Assembly: GCF_000315625.1 (NCBI RefSeq)
Contig: NW_005434536.1
Span: 90,383-154,382 of the forward strand
Direction: 5' to 3'
DNA from: Guillardia theta CCMP2712
Lineage: Eukaryota > Protista > Cryptophyta
DNA length: 64,000 nt
Part shown: one piece after another, positions 1 to 10,011 of the stretch
Layout: each line of letters opens with the position of its first letter
How positions within the stretch are numbered: the stretch's first letter is position 1
Translations under genes and position numbers: made by a program
Notes under the pieces: generated by a model
The model's input: only the letters and a program-made list of their open reading frames with translations
Database searches by the model: none
What the model was told of the DNA's origin: nothing

Positions 1-2708
1 ACCTTCGACCTCACCTTCAGGGAGCTGCTCGAGCACTCGTGGATCGACTCGGATATTGCAGGCAACGTCACCAAGGATCACCGTCCACGACCCACCGTCG
101 TCCGTCCAAACCGGGAACCATACAATAATCCCGATTTCAAGCTCCTCTCCGCACCTCTCCAGCTCACCTCCCCAAACCTCACCGCGGGCGACATCGGGGT
201 GCACTACCCAGAGCAGGCGGCCAAGGAAGCGGAGGGCTACCACAGGCTGCGGGCGGAGGGCAACCCCTACCACGCCCACGACCTGAACGCGCTGAGGGTG
301 CGGGACAGCATGGACGGTGCGCTGGCCGTGTCGGCGGGCCTGGGTGGCATCGCCCCCTCCCACGCCATGGCGGTCGACAACGTCTCCACGATGCTCGCCG
401 GCAACAGCGGCGTGCTGCACTGGGCGGCGCACCAGTTCCGTCAAAGTCGCGCCTCGCTGAAGGCACCCGAGGGCAAGCAGGACGTGCTGGCGCGGGAGGC
501 CGTGCTGCTCAAGGCCAAGCGCCTGACACTCAAGGGTGACTCCCTCCACATTGGGTACCAGACGATCCCCAAGGACGAAATCACCGAAGCCCAGGCGGAG
601 TTCAGGAAGCGTCCCTGGACGGCACTGGAGATGTCGGCGGCGGTGGGGGTCGTCGGATCTGTGCTCTTCAACGGCATCCGCGCCCCCAACGCGCTCAACC
701 CCCAGGTCCCGGAGTCGGCGGCGCGGGAGTTCGTCCCTTTCATCCAGTCTTGCTTCTGCCGCTCGATGATGGACTCACCCCTCTGCAACGCGCTGCTCTC
801 CCACGTCAACGTCCCGCTCGACCTCCAGGGGGAGTTCCTCTCCTTCCTAGGCCTCGCCGACCTCGGCAACCGGGAGGAGCTGGCCGCCGCCCAGGCCGAC
901 CGCGACAGCCCCTACTGCTCCGTGCTCATGGTCAAGTACATCTCCCACGCCCACCCCGACGCTGGCGTGCGGGGAGCGCTGCAGCAAGGTACTCGAGTCC
1001 CTGGCCCCCGAAGTCTCCCGCCAGCTCGATGACACGCTCCTCGACTACAGCAACAAGGTGATTGACTCCCTGGAATCCGGGGCTCAGGCAGGCCTGGACG
1101 TCATCTTCCTCACCGGACTGGTCCAGAGCTCCACCTCCGAGCGTCTGCGGCCCCGGCGCAAAGACGCCTGCACATCCTCGCGACCTCGACAATGCACGTC
1201 AACGCCTCCGGGGACAGCATCAGCGACTCCCCAATCTTCAACGGGGACAGCGACGACGAGACCAGCGCACAGCTTGCCTACAACGGGCTGAAGCTCGACT
1301 CCGACGCCGTGCTGGGCACCGAGTTCCGCTGCTACCCCTTCCCGCTCACCTCCGCCGACCTCTCCTCCGTCGACAGCATCCTGCAGCACAGCCGATTGGC
1401 GGAGTACCAGTCTCTTCCCTCGACGTGGAGGCACTCAGAAAGGACGTCCAGTGCTTTTTTGAAGCTCAAGACAGCCGCGACCATCTCCTCTCCCACCTCT
1501 ACAGGCTTGCCTTCGCCAGGATGTTCACCAGCGTCATGCACTACGCTAACGACGCCGCCGCCCCGGGCTGCGTGCTCGCCGCCAAGAGCGCGGTGGGGAA
1601 CGTCAGGCACACCCTCGGGGCCAGGATCACCAGCTCCCCACTTGTCATCGATACACCAAATATTGGACTCAACTTTGAAAACACAAACAACGCACTGACG
1701 TTCGACGATATCTACAACACCATTGTATCTGACAATGAGACGAACGCGACGCAGACCGTTATCAATGAGCTTCAGAGGCGTAGTCCACTAAATCCAGCAA
1801 GAGGTGGGATTGGACCTGCGCGTGTAACACCAGCCCCCGTCCCCCCAGCAGCACCCCCCGCCGGAGTTGTCGGAGCCCCAAACCGGAACCCCCTCCTGGA
1901 CTGGTACGTGGATATCGTATGTGTGCGCCCGAACATCGAGCACAACATGCTGGCGGCGATCATGGGGAGGGGCGGGACGGGCGAGCTGGGGGCGACGTAC
2001 TGGGGCCAGACGGAGATGACGTGCTACGACGACGGGCAGCACGGCATCTGGGGCATGCAGTACAAGTACCACGCCAAGGCCCTCGTCCACAACGAGCGCA
2101 ACCTGATCCGCCTGTGGGACATCTGCTTCGACGGCTACAACGGCGGGATGGACGACACGGTGGTGGATTGGAGGGATGGTGCCGATCTTGATCAGTTCAG
2201 GAAGGACACGAGCTCGATCGACAAACCCTACGAGGGAAAGAGCATGTTTATCATGTCTTTCTTCGTACCACCTAACCACGAGAATCTCACGAAGATCAAG
2301 CAGCCGTGGCCCAACCCCATCGTGTTCTACGACCCGCACTCGGCCAACACAGACGACCGCCTGCCGATCGACCCGGACAACCTGTACAACACGGTGAAGC
2401 CGGAGATGCGGGTGTTTACCAAGGACTGGTACCGCGACAAGTACCTGCACTACCTCGCGCTGCTCCCCAACTTCAACCAGCTGCACGCGCTGAGGAAGGT
2501 GGCGGGGCAGCAGACGGTGCAGAACGAGACCAACGTCTGCGCGCTCAGCTTCCACGGCGACGTCGTCACCTGCGCGCTGGGAGGGTCGGAGATCAGCAAG
2601 GTCCACGGCGCCGGCCACCTGGGCCACTCCTTCCAGGGCGTGGCGAGCGTCAGGGAGGGCAAGGGGCTCAGGCCCATGATGCAGCCTTCTCTGACGAGGC
2701 TTATTTGA
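1..2708 (+). CDS. HK97-fold major capsid protein, mirusvirus type (5'-truncated by window edge; 3 frameshifts)
   Basis: Frame 1 is open from base 1. GC3-rich coding continues through shifts at ~971-974, ~1140 and ~1412-1418 into ORF 1062..2708. The C-terminal RPNIEHNMLAAIMGRGG-GATYWGQTEM-YKYHAKALV-N-D-GYNGG and GAGHLG-GVASVREG blocks resemble mirusvirus MCP C-termini as I recall them. Confidence 0.8.
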
Positions 2709-2757
2709 TTCGTTATGATTAAATTTACTCACTTCTGAAAACACAAATTGTGCTCAT

Positions 2758-3627
2758 TCAGGGAGGGACTACGGCCACCCGGGCCTGGAGCTCCTCCAGC
2801 GCCTGGATGCGGGCCTCCGCCTTGGGCGCCGTCTCCGAGCAGGGCGCTTCGGAGGCGTCGGAGCCAGCGCGGACCATGTAGCGGAGGGGGAGGATGAAGC
2901 GCCCGGTCCCGGGGATGGTCTTGTACTGGCTCTTCTGGGAGGCGGTGCTGGCGCGGTCGCCATACCCGACCCTGGCCTGGTCGTGCTTGACCTCGCCGCA
3001 GCCGCGGGTGCGGAACGAACCACCTCCGCGGGTCGCCTCCTCCCGCTCGGGCTTGGGCTTGTGCTCCACGAAGAAGGTCATGTAGACCACGCCCGTGCTG
3101 TCGGTCGTGACCTCGGTGTATGGGTCCTCCGGGAGCTCGTTGCGCTCGACCGCGCGCTTCACCGTGATCTGGAACTTGCCCAGGCCGTTCTGGTCGATCG
3201 TCTGGCTGTTGCGGTAGATCGGCACGCTCCAGGGGACGCCGTCGGTGCTGTCGGGGTTGAGAGGGGTGTCGCCGTCCTTGTCATCCTCGGGGAACTTGGG
3301 CTCCTTCGTGTGGATGAGCACGGCGATGGAGTAGTCGTTGGAGTCGGCATCACCGGACTCGGCGGTCTTCACGGACATGTTGCTGATGCGGGAGAGCAGG
3401 ACTCCCTCCTCCGCAATCACCCGGTAGGCCTTCCTGTCGCCCTCGTCCAGGAGGAAGGTCTCGACGTCATAGGCTTCGCCGAAGCACAGCCTCTCGTACT
3501 CTCCAAACTCCGAGCTCCGCTTCCCCTTGCAGAAGTCCAGGTCGAAACTCACCCTGTACTCCACCCCGTCCTGCCCGGTGGTGGCGTACTGCAGCGTGAT
3601 CTTCTTGTCCGTGCTCTCGGCTAGCAT
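2758..3627 (-). CDS. hypothetical protein
   Basis: GC3-rich ORF; ATG 3627 lies ~37 nt downstream of a TTTAAA box. Confidence 0.75.
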   Translation of the reverse strand: MLAESTDKKITLQYATTGQDGVEYRVSFDLDFCKGKRSSEFGEYERLCFGEAYDVETFLLDEGDRKAYRVIAEEGVLLSRISNMSVKTAESGDADSNDYSIAVLIHTKEPKFPEDDKDGDTPLNPDSTDGVPWSVPIYRNSQTIDQNGLGKFQITVKRAVERNELPEDPYTEVTTDSTGVVYMTFFVEHKPKPEREEATRGGGSFRTRGCGEVKHDQARVGYGDRASTASQKSQYKTIPGTGRFILPLRYMVRAGSDASEAPCSETAPKAEARIQALEELQARVAVVPP

Positions 3628-3774
3628 GCCGTGCCTGGTGGCAGGGGCGTGGGAGTGGGGTTGTTTAAAAAGGGGTTCGCTACGTCCCCCCATTTTTTTT
3701 ATTTTTTTTTCTTTATTTTTTTTAGCCCTTCAAAAAAAGTAGCCCGTCCGCTCCCGCCCTTTCCGAAGCGCGCG

Positions 3775-4611
3775 ATGCCATGCAGAGTGCGGCGGGACAA
3801 TAGCACAACCCCGCGTACCACCCCGGACATCTTCTTCTACCTCCGGATCTACAAGGACCTCATCAAGGGTATGGAGCACATTGACTGCAGCACGGAGAAC
3901 TTCCTAGGAAGGCTGGACGCGGATCTCATGTCCTACTTCTTCCGCGGGCAGATATGCGGGAATTTCACAAAAGATGAGGCTGTCAAGAACATCGGCATGG
4001 CCCTCCGCCTCGCGAGCTGCAACCGGGCTCACCGCCGCTGGGTCCAGGCATTCATGACCACCGTCGACTTTCTCGGGGCATACCACAGCCATCTCCTGAA
4101 CTTCATCCGCATGGACCAGCGCAGGGCCCAGCACCGCGCCAACCAGCTCGAGCTCCTCCGTGCACTCAGAAACACACACGGTGACGCGGCACCCAGACCC
4201 ACGAAAAACCAACCGATCACCTTCCAGGAAGTCACCCGCATCCTGCGCCTGACGATGCTCTCCAACTGCACCTTCTGCGGGGGGTCCAGCGGCATCCTCT
4301 TCCATGAGCTCAGCTGCAGGGTGTGCTTCGACTGCAAGCGCACCAGGATCGTCAGCGACGCGGACGTCCGCTCCAAGCACGGGCTCAGCAGCGGCGAGAT
4401 CTGCGCGCTCAACTGCCTCATTCCCAGTGAAAAGCTGCACCTCACCTGCATACAGAGCAGCACCGCAGGGCACTGCAGGGACTATTCCGTCAACGTCCAC
4501 TACTACCTCACCAGCGAGGCCGAGTCCCACCTCGATCACGCCCGCTCCCTCGCCGCCGACATGGGATGGGGGAGAGGGTGCTGCGCCTGCGGCGGTGGAT
4601 CCCATGTGTAA
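3775..4611 (+). CDS. C4 zinc-finger protein, possible F-box plus XPA/Rad14-like domain
   Basis: LGRLDADLMSYFF...LASCNR is F-box-like. CTFC-x12-CRVCFDC followed by IVSDADVRSKHGL and HYYL matches the XPA-like layout. Confidence 0.5.
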   Translation: MPCRVRRDNSTTPRTTPDIFFYLRIYKDLIKGMEHIDCSTENFLGRLDADLMSYFFRGQICGNFTKDEAVKNIGMALRLASCNRAHRRWVQAFMTTVDFLGAYHSHLLNFIRMDQRRAQHRANQLELLRALRNTHGDAAPRPTKNQPITFQEVTRILRLTMLSNCTFCGGSSGILFHELSCRVCFDCKRTRIVSDADVRSKHGLSSGEICALNCLIPSEKLHLTCIQSSTAGHCRDYSVNVHYYLTSEAESHLDHARSLAADMGWGRGCCACGGGSHV

Positions 4612-4696
4612 GGATACGGCAGGATTAAAATATTGAGCGGTTTATTAAAAACAACTTTGTGCTCTTTACGGTAAATTACGGGAGGTACTAATCTTC

Positions 4697-5737
4697 CTAC
4701 TCCTCGTCATCCTCCTCCAACTCCAAGAAAGAGGCACCAGAATCTGTGTCGGAGGCAGAATCTGTGTCGAAGGCAGACTCCGTGTTGGTGACAGGCTCCG
4801 TGTTGGTGACAGGCTCCGTGTTGATGACAGGCTCCGTGTTGGTGACAGGCTCCGTGTTGGTGACAGGCTCCGTGTTGGTGACAGGCTCCGTGTTGGTGAC
4901 AGGCTCCGTGTTGGTTGTTGCAATAAAGTCGATATCAACTACTTTTGCAACAGATTCGGCAAAATCACGGTTCACGGTTTTCTTCCTCTTTTTTGTGGTA
5001 CCTTGTTCATTGTTCCCACTATTTTGCTTATTCTTTTTCGTGCTACTTTTTTGCACGTCCTTGTCTTTTTCAGCGGATTGTTTATTCCCATCACGCTTTG
5101 AAAGGATTGCATTGCCGTGTGACATTGCGTAAATGAATTTTTTTAAAAACACTGAATCATTTGGGTTTTGCATGTATGTCCTGCAGGCCCAACAGAGAAC
5201 GATGCGAAGATAGTCAGCATAATATGGCAAAGCAGTGGTTTTCTTAGAGTCGTTTTGCAGTAGAAATTCAACTTTATCCAGGACTGTGAAAAGGTATCGG
5301 ATAGCAAACCAGATGTGGGAAGGGGTACGAACCTTCTTGTAAACCTGTCTGGTGATATGGTGAAAATACGAATTTGCAGGTGTATCGGCTTCTTTGGCGT
5401 TCACAATGTTGCGGCTGATGTCAGCAATTTCTTCGTCCATACCCTTTGGTTTACAATTCTCGATTTTTACCCTGAGATTAGGCAAGTCATGGATGCGCAC
5501 TTTTCTGGGATCTTTCACTCCGGGATTGGTAATATTGAGTATATCAACCATGACTTGTTGGACATCCGGATCCATTGCAGACTCGGTGTTTGGAATGGCC
5601 TGTTGTTGCGACTGTTGTTGCAACTGCTGAGGAAGAGGTGCTGCAAATATTTTGTTAGCATCATGAACTTCACTGTTATCGCCTACACCAGCAAGAATGC
5701 ACAAATTTGTGAGAAATTTGCCAACAAAACCTGGCAT
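4697..5737 (-). CDS. hypothetical protein with TNTEPV repeats and acidic tail
   Basis: Long AT-richer ORF. ATG 5737 is preferred over 5761 because of its spacing from TATTTAAG at 5768-5775. Confidence 0.7.
   Translation of the reverse strand: MPGFVGKFLTNLCILAGVGDNSEVHDANKIFAAPLPQQLQQQSQQQAIPNTESAMDPDVQQVMVDILNITNPGVKDPRKVRIHDLPNLRVKIENCKPKGMDEEIADISRNIVNAKEADTPANSYFHHITRQVYKKVRTPSHIWFAIRYLFTVLDKVEFLLQNDSKKTTALPYYADYLRIVLCWACRTYMQNPNDSVFLKKFIYAMSHGNAILSKRDGNKQSAEKDKDVQKSSTKKNKQNSGNNEQGTTKKRKKTVNRDFAESVAKVVDIDFIATTNTEPVTNTEPVTNTEPVTNTEPVTNTEPVINTEPVTNTEPVTNTESAFDTDSASDTDSGASFLELEEDDEE
4780..4915 (-). repeat. 18-bp coding tandem repeat (~7.5 copies, TNTEPV)
   Basis: CCGTGTTGGTGACAGGCT repeated on the + strand. 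Confidence 0.95.
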
Positions 5738-5883
5738 ATTGTGCGTGATCACAAAAGGCATCGTGGTCTTAAATACGGATACAAATAGTAAATTATTTTG
5801 AAGATTTTTACTCTAGAACTATCAACGTCTACGGACTACTTGGTGTGAACCAATCGATCTGGTTCACCGACATCCTTGGGTGG

Positions 5884-7200
5884 TTAGACGGGATTGAATG
5901 GCGGGACATGGATCCAGAACCTCACATGATCCTGCAAATTCTCCTTCAAGCAGAATGAACGAGTCCAGCTATTATATTCTTGGAACGCAGTTTCTATCCC
6001 GCCATACTTCTTCTCCCTGTAGTACTCCATGAACTTCTCCTTGCCATTGGGGTCATCCTTGCACTCCTGTATCTTGGCGAGCATCTCATCGACGATACCT
6101 TTGCGGAAAGCTGCCCTGTACTTCGCTTCCTGCTTCTTCCTTTCCTTGTCAGCAACCGCTTTCTGCTCCTTCGTATCGTCGTCAGAAATGACGATGGCTG
6201 TGATGGGGCGCTGTGGCTGGGGCAGCTGCTGCACTGGCTGGGGCTGCTGCACTGGCTGGGGCTGCTGCACTGGCTGGGGCTGCTGCACTGGCTGGGGCTG
6301 CTGCACTGGCTGGGGCTGCTGCACTGGCTGGGGTTGTGGATCGACTCTGGGAATGATGCGTCGCTTTGGCTTGACCGGCTGATCCGCGGTAACCTGCCGC
6401 TCCTCGGTGGGAGTACGGGGACGTTTTTCGCGGGGTGGCTGCTGAACCTGATCTTGCGGCGCCTGCATTTTCGAGTCGGTTTCTTCTGCATCACTCACAT
6501 CTGACTCGATTAATTCATCATCTATCGCAAGAGGGTTTATGATAGGGAATGTATATTTGACCTCCAATTCGTAGGATCTACACTGTTTGTGCAGCGTGCT
6601 CACATCATTGGTCAGATCCTTTAATGCTTTATCATAAGCCTTCTTTTCTTTTTTGGTGCATGTGGCAACGTCAATCGGATTTTCCTGCATATCCTTGATT
6701 CTCCGATGGATTATCTCTGCATTGGATCGAATTGTTTGTTCTTGTTCTTCGAAATCATTGATCAAAGGTCTCGATCTTCCTTCAACGGGTTTACGGAATT
6801 CATCAAGCGTGGGTATCTGTGAATTTGCATACACTCTGGTGTTCTCCCATTGTTGAACAGTAGAGGTCTTCATGATTCTGACAAGATTGCTTTTCTCCTC
6901 GTCTGTATACAACGAGAATTTTACGACTGCAGCATCAATAGCCTCTTGTTTCTTGGTCTCGTTATATGTCCTTGTTTCATGGTTTTCCTTGTTGACCCGA
7001 TTCCAGTCCTTCCAGAACTCATCGTTCGATTCGTAATCCTCTCTTGAAGGAATGTCTTTCATCTCCTTGGGTTCGAAATGTTCCCAAACATAATTGACAA
7101 TACCGCAGAGGATAGCCACGGGGAGGAAGAAGACCACCTCGGACTTCGTGCCATCGACGTCGTATTTCAATAAATCGAATGCTTCAAAAAACTCAGTCAT
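5884..7200 (-). CDS. hypothetical coiled-coil protein with QQPQPV repeats
   Basis: Long ORF; ATG 7200 follows TATTTAAA at 7226-7233. Confidence 0.75.
   Translation of the reverse strand: MTEFFEAFDLLKYDVDGTKSEVVFFLPVAILCGIVNYVWEHFEPKEMKDIPSREDYESNDEFWKDWNRVNKENHETRTYNETKKQEAIDAAVVKFSLYTDEEKSNLVRIMKTSTVQQWENTRVYANSQIPTLDEFRKPVEGRSRPLINDFEEQEQTIRSNAEIIHRRIKDMQENPIDVATCTKKEKKAYDKALKDLTNDVSTLHKQCRSYELEVKYTFPIINPLAIDDELIESDVSDAEETDSKMQAPQDQVQQPPREKRPRTPTEERQVTADQPVKPKRRIIPRVDPQPQPVQQPQPVQQPQPVQQPQPVQQPQPVQQPQPVQQLPQPQRPITAIVISDDDTKEQKAVADKERKKQEAKYRAAFRKGIVDEMLAKIQECKDDPNGKEKFMEYYREKKYGGIETAFQEYNSWTRSFCLKENLQDHVRFWIHVPPFNPV
6226..6332 (-). repeat. 18-bp coding tandem repeat (~6 copies, QQPQPV)
   Basis: CTGCTGCACTGGCTGGGG repeated on the + strand. 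Confidence 0.95.
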
Positions 7201-7245
7201 GATGCGCGGTGCCCGGCTGCGGCAGTTTAAATACAGCACTCTGCA

Positions 7246-8211
7246 CTACAGGCTAGGCGCAGGGGCGTGGCGGCTGGCGGCGTCGAACATGGCGACCTCG
7301 ATGACCCCCTTGGGGTTGAAGTTGACGATGGCGGCCCCCGCCGCCCGGTACCCCATGGAGTGGACTGCGTTGATGTACTTCTTGATCTGGTTCTCGAACC
7401 TCCTCCACTGCGCGCACACCTTCAATTCTACGAGGTAGTTGCCCGTCGCCAGCTCGACGAGGAGGTCCAGCTCGCCGATCTTGGCCATCTCCCCGCCCGG
7501 GAGCCGCTGGACGCAGTGGAAGTGGGAGATGTGCGGGACCTGTCTCCTCGCCATCTCCATCTTGATGCAGTTGTGGTAGACCGCCTCCTGGTGGCTCACC
7601 CCCAGGGTGTTGGCGATGCACTGGCACATGAGGAGGAAGTTCAGCCACTCCCTGTTGGTCTCCACCCCCTGCGTCTGGCCCCCGTAGATCACCAGCGGCC
7701 AGGTGCATGCCGGGTCGGACGGGTTGATGGGCCGCAGCAACGGGTATGTCGTGTCCGACGGGTCTGCAGGCGGGTCCCCGGGCTCGAACATGATCACGTC
7801 CGGTGTCTCTTCCTTGTCTTCCTCCCTCCCTTCCTCCTCCACGCGGAACCCGTCCACCCGCGCAATAATGCCGTGCGCCATGCTCCTGAGCAGCCGGGTG
7901 AGGTGGGACTCGACGAAGCCCCGCAGCGTCTGGTCGCCGCCGATCCTGGTGCGCTCCGCCACGCAGCAGAAGCCGGAGATGTGCCGGTTCCCGGCCTCCT
8001 TCCCCCTCCTCTCCAGGTCCTTCAGCAGCACGACCAGGCAGCTCTCCGCCCGGATCGTGGCGCGGAAGACGTTCCGGGAGTTGTGCCTCAGGACGATCTC
8101 CTTCCCCACCAGGTTGTAGTCCGCGGGCATCACGTTGGACAGGATCTCGTACCCGAAGGTGCTCCACTCGTAGCCGTGCGGGCGCCGGGCCTTCTTCAGG
8201 CGGGACAGCAT
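7246..8211 (-). CDS. GxxExxY-family PD-(D/E)xK nuclease
   Basis: LGVSHQEAVYHN, then GELDLLV...LVELK and QIKKY...AAIVNF, the hallmark order of the PDDEXK_3/GxxExxY family. Confidence 0.8.
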   Translation of the reverse strand: MLSRLKKARRPHGYEWSTFGYEILSNVMPADYNLVGKEIVLRHNSRNVFRATIRAESCLVVLLKDLERRGKEAGNRHISGFCCVAERTRIGGDQTLRGFVESHLTRLLRSMAHGIIARVDGFRVEEEGREEDKEETPDVIMFEPGDPPADPSDTTYPLLRPINPSDPACTWPLVIYGGQTQGVETNREWLNFLLMCQCIANTLGVSHQEAVYHNCIKMEMARRQVPHISHFHCVQRLPGGEMAKIGELDLLVELATGNYLVELKVCAQWRRFENQIKKYINAVHSMGYRAAGAAIVNFNPKGVIEVAMFDAASRHAPAPSL

Positions 8212-8327
8212 GGGGTTCCGTGTGGTTCCGTGTAAACGGGCCCGCAAGTGCGGCGCTTGCAGGTCTTTTTTTTAGAACGTTTATTAATCAAAGCCAACAG
8301 ACCAGTAGAATGGAAGGCTTAGAAGGC

Positions 8328-8903
8328 TTAGGCCTCGATGTCGACCTCGCATTCGCCGAGAGGGGAACAGTCCAGACCTTTGAAACGCAGGAACCGCATG
8401 GTTCTCTCGTCGTGCTTCAGGATGGCATCCTTGAGGGGCTGGATGCGGGTCTCTATATCCTCCCTCGAGAACGTCGTTTGGTCGCCAAGGTACTTGACAA
8501 GCTCCTCGGCAGGGTCCCTGGTGCCGGCGGAGTCAGCGCCTGGGAGGCGCTCCTCCATGGATAGGTTGCAGAACGCTCGCAGGCTCCTGCGATCGATGCC
8601 CTTGATGGCCTCGTAGTTCTGCTTCAAAAAGCGCCACATCTTGCTGTCGGTGCAGATGTCGCAATCCTTAGCGAGCATCTGCTCATCGGTTGCGTCCATG
8701 TCAGGTTTGTAATGCTCCTGCATACTATGCAGGTTTCCGGCCGTGGTGGGGCGCACCTCAGAGTACATGTACCGATATACATTGCCCACCTTGTGAAGGT
8801 ACGAAGGGAGGACCATCATACCGTCAGAGAGGAACACGCCCTCCAGCTTCTGCTGGTCGGTGACCACGAAAGTGGTGAAAGGTGAATGGATCTTTACGAA
8901 CAT
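8328..8903 (-). CDS. hypothetical protein
   Basis: ORF with ATG 8903 after TATTTAAA at 8929-8936. Confidence 0.7.
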   Translation of the reverse strand: MFVKIHSPFTTFVVTDQQKLEGVFLSDGMMVLPSYLHKVGNVYRYMYSEVRPTTAGNLHSMQEHYKPDMDATDEQMLAKDCDICTDSKMWRFLKQNYEAIKGIDRRSLRAFCNLSMEERLPGADSAGTRDPAEELVKYLGDQTTFSREDIETRIQPLKDAILKHDERTMRFLRFKGLDCSPLGECEVDIEA

Positions 8904-8991
8904 CGTGCGGGGCGAGGCGGATGGGAGCTTTAAATACGATCGCAGATGACTAATCATCTGCAGCCCTTAACACAAAACAGAACCCTATGAA

Positions 8992-9705
8992 CTACATGAA
9001 GAAGCAGCCATGCAGACTCCGGCACGCCGTCTCGCGGCAGATGTGCCCGACGATGCCGTCGTAGCTGGTGTCGATGAAGGGCTTGACCCTAGAGCTGGCG
9101 AAGCAGCGCATGCAGCAGTAGAGCCTCCGCCCCGAGTTGATGCAGCGCGTCTCGGCGACCAGGCCCTCCGTCCTGCTGATCCTCCCCGGCAGCATGCTGA
9201 GCTCGAGGGTGTTGGTGTGGAACTGGAGCAGGTTCCCGGCGTGGGCAGGGTCGACGGGGATGTAGGTGAGGTAGCGGTTCCCAAAGCGTGGGATGCCGGT
9301 CTTGTACATCTTCAGGAAGATCTCGATCGGGTCGACCTGAAGCAACCATTCGGCCCACGCCGCCATGTCCGCCTCCGGCTCGAACCCGGTGAAGCCGTGC
9401 ACGCCTGGGGGCTGCGGGGTGGGAGTGAATGGGACCAGCGCGAGAGTGTCGTCGTTGGGTCCGTCCTCGGGAGGTGGAGAATCGATAGAGTCTCCAGAAA
9501 ATTCATCCTCCCCGTCCTTTTGGTTACCGTAATAATCACTGAAACCGTAAGGGAATGTCATCTCATCATCCATCATTTCGTCGTCTTCGAAGAAGTCGTC
9601 GTCTTCCTCTGCTGGAAAAAGCTCAAGGGGAGACCAGGCTTGCATATCCTCGTGGCAATACAGAAAATCGGTTGGGGTGTCGGTGAGTTCCTTCGCGGAT
9701 GACAT
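8992..9705 (-). CDS. hypothetical protein with acidic N-terminus and Cys-rich C-terminus
   Basis: C-terminal CMRC...HIC...C cluster; TATAAG upstream near 9752. Confidence 0.65.
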   Translation of the reverse strand: MSSAKELTDTPTDFLYCHEDMQAWSPLELFPAEEDDDFFEDDEMMDDEMTFPYGFSDYYGNQKDGEDEFSGDSIDSPPPEDGPNDDTLALVPFTPTPQPPGVHGFTGFEPEADMAAWAEWLLQVDPIEIFLKMYKTGIPRFGNRYLTYIPVDPAHAGNLLQFHTNTLELSMLPGRISRTEGLVAETRCINSGRRLYCCMRCFASSRVKPFIDTSYDGIVGHICRETACRSLHGCFFM

Positions 9706-10011
9706 GTCAGGCCGGCGTGGGAGATGTGGGAGGGAACGGATGGGTCGCGTTCTTATAGGCGCTGCAGGGGAATTGCGACCCAAGATGATTGCGTCCCATG
9801 TCATTGCGACCCATTTTTTTCTTTTTTTTTTTACAGAATTGCGACCCTCTCTTATTTTGTTTACTCTGTTTTTTTACCATTCCTCTTTTTTAATGAATTG
9901 TTTTTTTGATGGATTGGCCATGCACGGAAAGCGCCTGGGCCATCCCCGGGAAGATATAACAAGCTCCCCACAATCCACCACCAAACCCTACCCCCACCGA
10001 ATCTCCCGAGG

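Noticed and set aside
960-1430. Introns or programmed frameshifting as the cause of the MCP breaks
   Set aside because: Coding-like codons run right up to each break, single-base indels restore the frame, and no GT-AG segments or slippery heptamers are needed.
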